In this document: positions 1 to 8,348 of the stretch, in pieces
Numbering within the stretch: the first letter of the stretch is position 1
How the letters are laid out: each line of letters opens with the position of its first letter
DNA from: Thermotogota bacterium
GTDB lineage: Bacteria; Thermotogota; Thermotogae; MWEM01
Assembly: GCA_036743375.1 (NCBI GenBank)
Contig: DAINPP010000009.1
Coordinates: 1,030 to 65,029, forward strand
Reading direction: 5' to 3'
DNA: 64,000 bases
Made by a program: the position numbers and the translations under genes
Notes under the pieces: generated by a model
Databases searched by the model: none
The model's input: only the letters and a program-made list of their open reading frames with translations
What the model was told of the DNA's origin: nothing

Positions 1-732
1 AACGCAAAGAAGGAAAAAGAGGAATTTTTTGCCTCCATCAGTCATGATCTGAAGACACCTATGCACAGTATCATCGGATTTGCCCATCTGTTGCGTGAAT
101 CGTTGAAAAATCCCGAAGACATAGATTGTGTCAACAGTATCCTCGACTCTTCAGACAATATGATGAAACTGATAAACAATATCCTCGATTTTTCAAAGGC
201 GGAAGCGGGCCGGTTGACAATAGTCAACCAAAAGGTCGATTTACGCCGCTTAATAGAAAAAAATTGCAAAAATACCGTTCAAAGGCTCAAAGGGAAACAG
301 TTAGAAATCAATTGTCTGATAGAAGAAGAGCTTCCCGAATTCATCGTGACCGATCCCCTGAGAGTGAATCAGATCCTCATGAATCTTCTGGATAACGCTG
401 TAAAGTTTACAGAGAAAGGGGTCATCGCATTAAAAGTGAGTAGCGAGGTAAAAGACTTCACAAGAACAGGGATTCGTTTCCTCGTAAAAGACACGGGAAT
501 CGGAATGACACAGGAAGAGCTAAAGGGCATCAGGAGTTATTTCTCACAGGCAAACAACGAGATAGAAAGAAAATACGGTGGCAGCGGGCTTGGTCTTTTC
601 ATCACTTCCAAAATTCTCGAATTGATGGACAGCAGGCTTGAAATCAGCAGCCGCAAGGGTGAAGGAAGCGAATTCTCCTTCATGCTCCCTCTCGCAGAGT
701 CTCAGGATTTCCCCTCAACAACGATCGTCTGA
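1..732 (+). CDS. Sensor histidine kinase, C-terminal part (HisKA + HATPase_c); 5' end outside window
   Basis: Frame is open from base 1 (NAKKEKEEFFASISHDLKTPMHSIIGF, H-box), followed by N-box NLLDNAVKFT, G1 DTGIGM and G2 GGSGLGL. No receiver domain before the stop. Confidence 0.93.
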   Translation, partial: NAKKEKEEFFASISHDLKTPMHSIIGFAHLLRESLKNPEDIDCVNSILDSSDNMMKLINNILDFSKAEAGRLTIVNQKVDLRRLIEKNCKNTVQRLKGKQLEINCLIEEELPEFIVTDPLRVNQILMNLLDNAVKFTEKGVIALKVSSEVKDFTRTGIRFLVKDTGIGMTQEELKGIRSYFSQANNEIERKYGGSGLGLFITSKILELMDSRLEISSRKGEGSEFSFMLPLAESQDFPSTTIV

Positions 733-992
733 CAATCAGCTCCCTTTAACCGGTATGGAAGGATACTCTGATATTCCGCTGAAGAATACCATCTGTTCAA
801 GGATGCCCTGTCGGGAAACCTAATAATGACACATCTTCCTTCTGTCATTTCCCCTTCAAGGGTCTCTGGCGATTCATCCACCGCGAGGTATTCCCCATTG
901 TATTTCATAAAAATATCATCACAGTTTTCAAGATATCTTTGATAGGCCGCTTCATCATGAATATTGATCCGTGCAACAAAATAAACACTCAT
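702..992 (-). CDS. DUF1330 family protein (dimeric alpha-beta barrel)
   Basis: 96 aa, pattern Y..YL.....IF.KY.GEYLA......LEG....R.VII.FP......WY.S.EYQ.I...R typical of DUF1330. Its 3' end overlaps the kinase convergently. Confidence 0.85.
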   Translation of the reverse strand: MSVYFVARINIHDEAAYQRYLENCDDIFMKYNGEYLAVDESPETLEGEMTEGRCVIIRFPDRASLNRWYSSAEYQSILPYRLKGADCQTIVVEGKS

Positions 993-1007
993 ATCTTCAC
1001 CTTCGAT

Positions 1008-1865
1008 TCAGTATCTTTCAGAAAGCCTTTCGTCAAGCCGCCACTGAGGAGGTTCTCCGTTATCACTCCAGTATTCGCTGATTTCCGAAATTCTATCATC
1101 TGAAAAGCTGAAAACCGACATAACGATAAAACGCGCAGTTTCCCCTTCATCATGAACATTGACGATAGAAATGAGTTTTTTGTCGGAAGGATATAGGGTC
1201 TCAACCTCGGCAAACCATCTACCGGGATATTTTCTGTTGAAGCAGATATATTTCTCAGTACCGATAAACACCTCTCGCGTATTGGGGAGGCGGATTATTG
1301 CGCTGTCCTCCATGACCTGATGAAGTCGATCAAATTCCGCATCGTTTATATATTGCCAGAATTGCCTCACAAGGCCTTCTCTTTTTACCCGGTCATCCGC
1401 CTCGAGTCTGAGTGTCTCATTCTCTCTCTTCAACTCATCGTATTCCTCTTCTGACACCATACCGCAATCTTTAAAGAACTGCACGACATCTTCCTCGTTC
1501 ACATCGTGTTTTGCACCCATCTGACTGATGATACTGATCCCAAGATTCCGAGCGTACTGACCGTCGATGATCTTCTCATCGACAAGTTTAAACAGGATTT
1601 CGGAGAATTCCTCCGCATCTCCCTTCAGGAGCTTCTCTATAGAATTGATAACCTGATGAAAATACTGTCTGTCAATCGGTACATAGGTAGAACTGTTGAA
1701 TTTTGCCTTCGATATGACATCAAAGGTAACGTCCTCACCAAGATGGTTGAGAATCTTTAATTTCTCACCGTTATTTATCATGTTGAAGATGTCCTTTAAA
1801 CGAATAAACTTCCTGGAATCGGAATCATACAGCTTTCTGTTTTTATATTTTTTTATGATCCTCAA
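1008..1865 (-). CDS. Fusion: PhaR-type (PHB/PHA accumulation regulator) DNA-binding domain + helical linker + SnoaL/NTF2-like domain
   Basis: N-terminus RIIKKYKNRKLYDSDSRKFIRLKDIFNMINNGEKLKIL...GEDVT matches the PhaR N-terminal DNA-binding motif. C-terminus LVRQFWQYIN...IRLPNTREVF...YPGRW...ISEYWSDNGEPPQWR is SnoaL-like. Likely start is TTG at 1865 behind the SD AGGGGGA; the ORF track starts at 1913. Confidence 0.72.
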   Translation of the reverse strand: MRIIKKYKNRKLYDSDSRKFIRLKDIFNMINNGEKLKILNHLGEDVTFDVISKAKFNSSTYVPIDRQYFHQVINSIEKLLKGDAEEFSEILFKLVDEKIIDGQYARNLGISIISQMGAKHDVNEEDVVQFFKDCGMVSEEEYDELKRENETLRLEADDRVKREGLVRQFWQYINDAEFDRLHQVMEDSAIIRLPNTREVFIGTEKYICFNRKYPGRWFAEVETLYPSDKKLISIVNVHDEGETARFIVMSVFSFSDDRISEISEYWSDNGEPPQWRLDERLSERY

Positions 1866-1920
1866 ATGTCTTCCCCCTACAAAATTCTGCCCCATTATAA
1901 CCTGTTTTATCATAGAATCA

Positions 1921-1938
1921 AACCCCCTTTCGGGGGTT
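1921..1938 (-). terminator. GC hairpin between the LolA-like gene and the PhaR-SnoaL gene
   Basis: Minus strand AACCCCC-GAAA-GGGGGTT followed by a short T-rich tail; possible weak terminator or processing stem. Confidence 0.45.
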
Positions 1939-1946
1939 CAAAACGA

Positions 1947-2702
1947 TTAAAATTTCAATTTTGGTCTTGAGATATTCTTTGGTGAGAAAAAGGAATCGTC
2001 CATTCCGAGATCCGTTTCTATTTCTTCAAAAGAGATGGTTGTCTTTCCATTCGTATTGTTGTCAATAGCCGTTATAACCCATGGAACCGTCTTTCCGTTT
2101 ACTTCATTGTATTCGGAAATCTGTATGACTTTTGCCTCTTGATCTTCCCAATTCAGGAAAGTAACCTGATCAGGCAACATTTTATCCTTTGTAATACTGA
2201 TCCTCATTGCCGAATAGGACAATTTTCGATCATCGTTCTTTATCTCTATCACATAAACGAGTGAATCCTGCTTGACGATGGTCGCTCGTTTGGCTACATC
2301 CGAAATCTTGTAAAGAAGGGATAATTCACCGTAGGTAAAATCAGAATCCGCAAACTTTTCGTCCTCGGAGCTGGCCTGCATCTTCTTAACGCTTCTGAGT
2401 GCCGGCATATACATATAAGTCTCTCCGAATCCCTTGGAAAGAAGGGTGATATTCTTTTTCTCCTTTGGCTTCAAGAATCTGATGATGCTGTATATCATAT
2501 TTTCATCTTTTTTATAGATGTAGAATACAAACTCGCCACTTTGTGTTCCGGAATCGTTCTTTTGAGATAAAGAAATCGTGGCCTTCACGTCGTTAAGATG
2601 TTCATAATTTCCCGCCACTTCGTCAAGGATTTCCTGTGCTGTTGCCCCAAAAAACACACCCGTCATCAAAACCATTAAAATCAAGATCATTCCTTTTTTC
2701 AT
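1947..2702 (-). CDS. Outer-membrane lipoprotein-sorting (LolA-like) protein
   Basis: Signal peptide, then motif YMYMPALRSVKKM......KFADSDFTYGEL typical of the LolA-like proteins encoded beside MMPL genes. Confidence 0.85.
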   Translation of the reverse strand: MKKGMILILMVLMTGVFFGATAQEILDEVAGNYEHLNDVKATISLSQKNDSGTQSGEFVFYIYKKDENMIYSIIRFLKPKEKKNITLLSKGFGETYMYMPALRSVKKMQASSEDEKFADSDFTYGELSLLYKISDVAKRATIVKQDSLVYVIEIKNDDRKLSYSAMRISITKDKMLPDQVTFLNWEDQEAKVIQISEYNEVNGKTVPWVITAIDNNTNGKTTISFEEIETDLGMDDSFFSPKNISRPKLKF

Positions 2703-2717
2703 AATTCCCTCCTGTTA

Positions 2718-5360
2718 TTAGCCCTGCTTTATTTTCAGGGGATTTTTCAATATGGAAAAGACTGCGCTGAGAAAGACCAATGAGACAAAGGCGGCTACAA
2801 GCATAGAGATACCCGTCAGAGAACCAAATTCTCTCACGATCCCTATATCGGAAAAGGATAAGGCAAAGAAGCCGAATGCAACGGATAAGGCATTGTAAAT
2901 AACCGCCTTACCACTCGTTCTGAGTGTTCTTCTAACCGCATCGACCGAAATACCCGTTTTTGAATATTCTACTCTGAACCGGTTGACAAAATGGATGGCG
3001 TAATCAATCCCCGCTCCTATTGCGATGGCTGCTATAGAGATGGTGGCCGTGTTAAGTGAAATACCGAGCAACCCCATGATCTCGAAATTCAGAATAACGG
3101 TAAGGGCACTTGGTACAACACCAATAAGCGCAATTTTCAACGATCTAAACTGCAGCAGGAAGAGAAGGAACACTATCGCTATCGTCATGAACATGGATTC
3201 GTACTGATCGTTGAACAGCATATCCTGAATATGCAGCAATATCTGTTCAGAACCCGTCTGTGAAAGACTGACTGAGTCCCCCTCTCCGGGAAGATAAACC
3301 ATTTCCTGTGAAACGGGTAGAAGCCCTGTGATCGTTGTCCGTGAAACCTCCGTTCCAAGCAATTCTGCAAAATACGCGATTTTCCACTCCCTTATCTTGA
3401 CAAAAAGCAAATTGTCAAGATCGTAAGCCAGATCTTCATAATAGTCCGTCGTCCCTTCCAATGCGGCCGACAAAAGATCATAATCATAGTCATCCATCCG
3501 CAGCATGCTGTCCATAACGGCTGTCCTGTTAGTCTCATCGAGGAGATAGTCACCGAAATCATTTGCCTGTGAAATGAGTTCATCAAGTTCCTTCTCATTT
3601 TCAGAGAACAGGGTACCAATTGGCAAATTGAGCGTATTTAAAAATTTCTCCGCATAATCCGCTTCCGAAACATCAACGTATTCGGAATAGAAAGCGGATA
3701 TTTCCGCACTGTCAGCAGCCGAAATGTTCACCGTTTTAAAGGAAGCCGGTTTTGAATCAAGTATCTTCTGTATATCGTTTATAATTACTTCATTGCTCAT
3801 TCTGGATTCAACATCGAAGGAAACTTGAATGATCCCCCTTGTAAAATCCCTGTTTATCAGCTGATAAATGGCATCGTTGTTCTCCATGAAAAACCAGAGA
3901 TTATCGGTCTCATCCCTCGAAGAGGGGACACATTCCGTTCCGCAGAATGACTTTGACAACTTGGCCATGATATCGGCGATCGAATACGTCTCGTTAACAC
4001 CTTCTATCTGTAGTATTTCCTGCTCAACACCGTACATCATCTGCATCGTTACCGGATTTTTAAAATCCCCCCTCACATCGATAAATATGGCTCCGTTCCC
4101 ACCAAAATTGTCACCGATATATTCCGCATCACGGATGATTCTTTCATCCGGATTAATCGAATTGATAATATCCATATCCGTTTTAAGGTTGATGGCAAAC
4201 GGTACCATAACCGCAACGATTCCGAGAAGAATGCCGATGACGAGATAGGGATTGAGGAGTTTTTCAGGTATCTTCAATCCGGAGGCCTCACTTCTTGTCT
4301 TCCGCGTTTTCATCGCTTCAAGAACACTCGGTACAAATATCAATGCAAGAAGATTGGCAAGCAATACACCGACGGCGGAAAAGATTCCGAGCGTACACAC
4401 CGGGTTGATATCGGCTGTAAGCAGTGACAGAAAACCGACGGCAGTGGTCAGTCCGCTGAGTATGACCGCTATCCCGACATCTTTTTCGGTATTTATGATC
4501 TTCTCCTCCTTAGTCCCCGTTTCCTCCGTATATTTGTTGATAATATGGATGGAATAAGCCGTACCGATACTGATCAGCACAACCGGTATGACCGAATTGG
4601 CAACGGTCAGTGGGATATTCAGAAGGGAAATGATCCCCATGGTCCAGACAACACTGATAGAAACGGTTAAAAGCGGTAAGAAGGCTCCAAGAAAACTCCT
4701 GAAACTGATCAGCAACGTGAAGAAGATGATGAGGATGGCGATGGGAATCAACTTGGTCAGATTTCTTTTCGCTATACTTTCTACGGCGTTGTTAACGGGT
4801 GAGACACCGTAATAATGAAAATGATCCCCATACTTTTTATCAAGTGCTTCCCTGATCGTTCCGTAAACATTTTTCGTGTCCATCCCCTCTTTGATCGAAA
4901 AGGTGATAAGGGAAGATTTACCATCATTGGAGATGAATTTTCCGACGATGGAATCATGCTGAAGGACATCCCGTACGGTGATTGACCCATTTGCAATTTC
5001 GTCTGAAAGCGTTATCACTTCTATCCCATAATCTGAAATATTGACAATGGGCATATTACTTAAAGAGGATACACTCTGTACATCGGTCCTTTCAGATAAA
5101 TATCCCGTTATTTCATTGATTTTTATCAGATCCGTATTATCCTCGATATCCATGCCGATCATTACAAGCGATCCAATACCAAACTCTTCTGAAAGATCCG
5201 TAAAATGGGATACAAACGGATCGGATTGTGGTGGATATTTGGTGATATCATCATCAAATTTAAGTCCTAACGATTTCCAGCCAAAAAACAGTGTCAGTAA
5301 TGCCACCGCAATAATGAGCATCACCCTGTACCTGACAATAAATTTACCAAGTCTTTCCAT
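2718..5360 (-). CDS. MMPL/RND family transporter
   Basis: 880 aa with two TM repeats; motifs SIGTAYSIHI, GLTTAVGFLSL, GAGIDYAIHF, NALSVAFGF. Acidic insertion in the second extracytoplasmic loop. Confidence 0.93.
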   Translation of the reverse strand: MERLGKFIVRYRVMLIIAVALLTLFFGWKSLGLKFDDDITKYPPQSDPFVSHFTDLSEEFGIGSLVMIGMDIEDNTDLIKINEITGYLSERTDVQSVSSLSNMPIVNISDYGIEVITLSDEIANGSITVRDVLQHDSIVGKFISNDGKSSLITFSIKEGMDTKNVYGTIREALDKKYGDHFHYYGVSPVNNAVESIAKRNLTKLIPIAILIIFFTLLISFRSFLGAFLPLLTVSISVVWTMGIISLLNIPLTVANSVIPVVLISIGTAYSIHIINKYTEETGTKEEKIINTEKDVGIAVILSGLTTAVGFLSLLTADINPVCTLGIFSAVGVLLANLLALIFVPSVLEAMKTRKTRSEASGLKIPEKLLNPYLVIGILLGIVAVMVPFAINLKTDMDIINSINPDERIIRDAEYIGDNFGGNGAIFIDVRGDFKNPVTMQMMYGVEQEILQIEGVNETYSIADIMAKLSKSFCGTECVPSSRDETDNLWFFMENNDAIYQLINRDFTRGIIQVSFDVESRMSNEVIINDIQKILDSKPASFKTVNISAADSAEISAFYSEYVDVSEADYAEKFLNTLNLPIGTLFSENEKELDELISQANDFGDYLLDETNRTAVMDSMLRMDDYDYDLLSAALEGTTDYYEDLAYDLDNLLFVKIREWKIAYFAELLGTEVSRTTITGLLPVSQEMVYLPGEGDSVSLSQTGSEQILLHIQDMLFNDQYESMFMTIAIVFLLFLLQFRSLKIALIGVVPSALTVILNFEIMGLLGISLNTATISIAAIAIGAGIDYAIHFVNRFRVEYSKTGISVDAVRRTLRTSGKAVIYNALSVAFGFFALSFSDIGIVREFGSLTGISMLVAAFVSLVFLSAVFSILKNPLKIKQG

Positions 5361-5383
5361 AAGTTCCTCCTGATTCCTCGATT

Positions 5384-5400
5384 TTTACGCACTGCGTAAA
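5384..5400. promoter_or_regulatory. Palindromic operator 1 (TTTACGCA-C-TGCGTAAA)
   Basis: Perfect 8-bp inverted repeat around one central base, between the predicted -10 and the SD of the MMPL gene. Confidence 0.8.
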
Positions 5401-5408
5401 CATTGAGG

Positions 5409-5437
5409 ATACTACACCTGTTTTGTAACAGAAACAA
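5409..5437 (-). promoter_or_regulatory. Predicted sigma70-type promoter of the MMPL operon
   Basis: Minus strand TTGTTT (5437-5432), 17 nt spacer, TAGTAT (5414-5409) preceded by TG; lies exactly between the two palindromes. Confidence 0.5.
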
Positions 5438-5454
5438 GCCATCTCCTGTTAACA

Positions 5455-5471
5455 TTTACGCACTGCGTAAT
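5455..5471. promoter_or_regulatory. Palindromic operator 2 (TTTACGCA-C-TGCGTAAT)
   Basis: Second copy, 16/17 identical to operator 1, offset by 71 bp. Confidence 0.8.
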
Positions 5472-5549
5472 TTTTATTCAATTGGATCATCCGGGAAGGA
5501 ACGATACGAAGATGTTTTAAAATAAGTGTATAACTCATACCTGTAGAAA

Positions 5550-5585
5550 ATGAAAGAGGACTGGCCTCATGCCGTCCTCTTTCAT
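5550..5585 (-). terminator. Hairpin terminator downstream of the GH130 gene
   Basis: ATGAAAGAGGAC...GTCCTCTTTCAT 12-bp stem with an inner GGC/GCC pair. Confidence 0.65.
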
Positions 5586-5639
5586 GATTATAAACCGATG
5601 GTCGCGCCCGTATTCGGAAAGCCGAATCAATCGTGATTG

Positions 5640-6542
5640 TTATTCGTTAATCCAATCAAAGACTTCTCGTTTGTCGATGGTTGCCAGTGCGATATAATTA
5701 TCTGCCGCACCATAATGGACATAATACTGATCTTTGTACTCAACCAGTGCATCGGTAAAGACTACCTGAGGCACACCACCGAATATCTCCCAATCTTCCT
5801 TTGGTTCCAGTATTGGTTTTTCCGTTCGCTTGAGTACTTTTGACGGATCATCGGCGTCGAGAAGCATGAATCCGAGTCTGTAGGTCAGTCTTGCGGGATG
5901 CGGCGCATGTTTCTGTACGGCATGATAGCAAAGCAGCCAGCCATAAGGGGTCTTGACTGGGGGACCACCGGCGCCTATCTTTTCATTTTCCCATTCATTA
6001 TCTATCGGTTTCGCCACGATCTTGTGATCCTGCCAGTGAATGAGATCATCCGAACAGGCGATCCAGATATTCGGCGGATCCCTGTGAAGCATGACATACT
6101 TGCCGTTTATCTTTTCAGGAAACAGAACCGCATCTTTATCCGGATCGTATTCCGGCAGGATGATCCCATGTCGCTCCCATGTGATAAAGTTTTTCGTTGA
6201 GGCCAGCGCCACTTTGATATCCGTTGGAGAATAAGCCGTATAGGTCATGTAATATCTGTCCTCAATCCTTGTCAATCGGGGATCCTCCACGCCATAAAGC
6301 TCTTCGGGCCTTTCAGGAGAAAAGACAGGTTTTTCCATCCGGTTAAAATGCAGGCCATCCGTACTGACGGCATATCCCATTCTGGAGACCATATCGGCTC
6401 CCTGTGCCCGATAAAGCATATGAAACAACTCTCCGTCGTACACGACAGCCGGGTTGAAAACATATTTGGATTCCCAGAGATGCATCGGATTCGGCGCAAA
6501 CAACGGATTTAAAGGACTTCTTTTCAATTCAATTCTCATCAT
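5640..6542 (-). CDS. Glycoside hydrolase family 130 (probable beta-mannoside phosphorylase)
   Basis: Motifs VFNPAV, LYRAQ, GVEDPR, KDAVLFPEKING, LHR, KIGAG, YH, VVF, YGAAD. Basic/His/Tyr positions associated with phosphate binding appear retained. Confidence 0.93.
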   Translation of the reverse strand: MMRIELKRSPLNPLFAPNPMHLWESKYVFNPAVVYDGELFHMLYRAQGADMVSRMGYAVSTDGLHFNRMEKPVFSPERPEELYGVEDPRLTRIEDRYYMTYTAYSPTDIKVALASTKNFITWERHGIILPEYDPDKDAVLFPEKINGKYVMLHRDPPNIWIACSDDLIHWQDHKIVAKPIDNEWENEKIGAGGPPVKTPYGWLLCYHAVQKHAPHPARLTYRLGFMLLDADDPSKVLKRTEKPILEPKEDWEIFGGVPQVVFTDALVEYKDQYYVHYGAADNYIALATIDKREVFDWINE

Positions 6543-6566
6543 ATCACCATCTTTTTGTAAGATAAA

Positions 6567-7400
6567 TTATTTAAACGATATCGATATTCCCTGAAGGAAA
6601 TATTTTCTGAATACCAGAAACAGGATGACCATTGGAAGGGTTTGGATAACAGAACCTGCCAGTACCGGTCCGAGCTGATTCGCGTACTCATGATTGAAGC
6701 TTGCCAGTAGCACCGAAAGGGGCATCTTATCATAATCCCGGATGAGTATCAGCGGCGTGAGAAAATTATCCCAGATGCCGATAAAGGTAAACAATCCCAC
6801 GATACTTGCCGTAGAACGGGTCAAAGGCAACATGATGGAAAAGATGATACGTATCTCGCCTGCCCCCTCCATCCTCGCCGCCTCTATATAATCGTTCGGA
6901 ATATTTCTGAAACTCTGCGTAAACATGAATACCCCCCATGCACCAAAAAGTGACGGAACGATAAGGCTGGCCAGGGTATTCAACATACCTAGCGACTTGA
7001 TGACGACAAAGGTAGGAATGGTAAACATGAAGCCCGGAAACAGCATCTGAAAGATCGTAAAATTCTTCAGAATCGTTCCTCCGAGGAATTTAAACTTGGC
7101 TATCGCATAGCCTACAAAGGAGGAAGTGAGTACGACACTGAACGTTACGGTCACGGAAATAATCACACTGTTCATAAGTGATCTGAAAAAATCTCTTTCC
7201 ATCTGATTGGTCGTATCAAAGATAAATTTAAAGTTATCCAATGTAAATTGGCTGGGCCACAGATTGGCATAGATCTCATTCTGAGGTTTGACCGAAGACA
7301 ATGTCAGCCAGATATAGGGATAAAGCCATACAAGTGCCAGAATGAGCATAATGATCTCAAACAGGGCAACACCTATCTTCTTTCGTGTCTTGTTCATCAT
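6567..7400 (-). CDS. Carbohydrate ABC transporter permease (MalG-like)
   Basis: EAA motif DYIEAARMEGA and 6 TM segments. Start at 7400 gives an ATGA overlap with the upstream permease stop. Confidence 0.92.
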   Translation of the reverse strand: MMNKTRKKIGVALFEIIMLILALVWLYPYIWLTLSSVKPQNEIYANLWPSQFTLDNFKFIFDTTNQMERDFFRSLMNSVIISVTVTFSVVLTSSFVGYAIAKFKFLGGTILKNFTIFQMLFPGFMFTIPTFVVIKSLGMLNTLASLIVPSLFGAWGVFMFTQSFRNIPNDYIEAARMEGAGEIRIIFSIMLPLTRSTASIVGLFTFIGIWDNFLTPLILIRDYDKMPLSVLLASFNHEYANQLGPVLAGSVIQTLPMVILFLVFRKYFLQGISISFK

Positions 7401-8290
7401 ACAAAGTTCACTTCCTTCTCTATGAGTTTTCTGACAAGGAATATACATCCAAAACTTATTGCTGCCGCAAAGATACTGATAACAGCCGCATATCCGGGTC
7501 CTGTAGAAGTGAATTTTCTGAACGCATTATCATAGATATACATCATAAACATATAAGTTCTCTTCATAGGACCCCCACCGGTTATCATATAAGGTTCCGT
7601 AAAAATGCCGAAAGACATCGTGATCTGCATGACAAGAACCATAACCATGGAAGGATTGAGAAGAGGCAGTGTTATCTTTGTGAATTGTTTGAATTTACCG
7701 GCACCATCAAGTTTTGCAGCCTCATAGAGCGATTTTGGAATAGCACCGAGTCCCGCGAGGAATATGAGTCCGTAATAACCGAGGAATTTCCAGGAGACCA
7801 TGAGGGCTATGGCAAGGATAGCGAGCTGTGGTCTGGTAAACCACGGGATTGTAAATCCGAACACCTGGTAAAGAAATCGGTTAAGCGGTCCACTTTCAGA
7901 CAGGAGCTTCTGGAAAACGATCGAGTAGCTGACCCCCGAAGAGATATTGGCGATAAGGAAGGAAAGGACGACAAAGGTCTTGAAATACTTCAGCCGGTTG
8001 AAGGCCATTCCAAGCAAAATGGATCCCAGCAGTGAAATCGGTATGAAATAAAGCATGAAGTTGAACGTATTTCCGAGAACGAGCCAGAACGTTTCATCCG
8101 TGATGACCCGGGTAAAATTATCAAAGCCTATGAATTTCGGTGGTGTTAAATAATTCCATTTCACGAACATCAGATATCCAAGCCAGCCAAAGGCGTAACA
8201 GAAGAATATCGACTGATGAACGATATACGGAGAAATAAGACCCCAGCCTTTTAAAGAATCTATTCTCTCAAGTTTACTCTTTCTTTTCGT
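7397..8290 (-). CDS. Carbohydrate ABC transporter permease (MalF-like); probable start at ACG 8290
   Basis: EAA motif SLYEAAKLDGA. The frame stays open 40 codons upstream of ATG 8170 (TKRKSKLERIDSLKGWGLISPYIV..., first TM helix) to an ACG located 7-8 nt after the SD AAGGAGG. Confidence 0.85.
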   Translation of the reverse strand, partial: TKRKSKLERIDSLKGWGLISPYIVHQSIFFCYAFGWLGYLMFVKWNYLTPPKFIGFDNFTRVITDETFWLVLGNTFNFMLYFIPISLLGSILLGMAFNRLKYFKTFVVLSFLIANISSGVSYSIVFQKLLSESGPLNRFLYQVFGFTIPWFTRPQLAILAIALMVSWKFLGYYGLIFLAGLGAIPKSLYEAAKLDGAGKFKQFTKITLPLLNPSMVMVLVMQITMSFGIFTEPYMITGGGPMKRTYMFMMYIYDNAFRKFTSTGPGYAAVISIFAAAISFGCIFLVRKLIEKEVNFV

Positions 8291-8316
8291 AAGATTTCCT
8301 CCTTTATAAAAAGATA

Positions 8317-8339
8317 CTCCCCCCTTAAACAGGGGGGAG
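8317..8339 (-). terminator. Intercistronic hairpin after the solute-binding protein gene
   Basis: CTCCCCCCT-TAAAC-AGGGGGGAG 9-bp stem; typical mRNA-stabilising or attenuating stem in ABC operons. Confidence 0.6.
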
Positions 8340-8348
8340 AAAGATCAC

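Noticed and set aside
1008-1913. PHA (polyhydroxyalkanoate) biosynthesis locus
   Set aside because: Only a PhaR-like domain is present; there is no phaC, phaA, phaB or clear phasin in the window.
5551-5575. GAGGACTGGCC resembles the SAM-I riboswitch core GAGGGACTGGCCC
   Set aside because: The other SAM-I elements (ATC..GAG P1, GGCAACC, GGTGC) are absent, no Met gene lies downstream on that strand, and the sequence is explained as a terminator stem.
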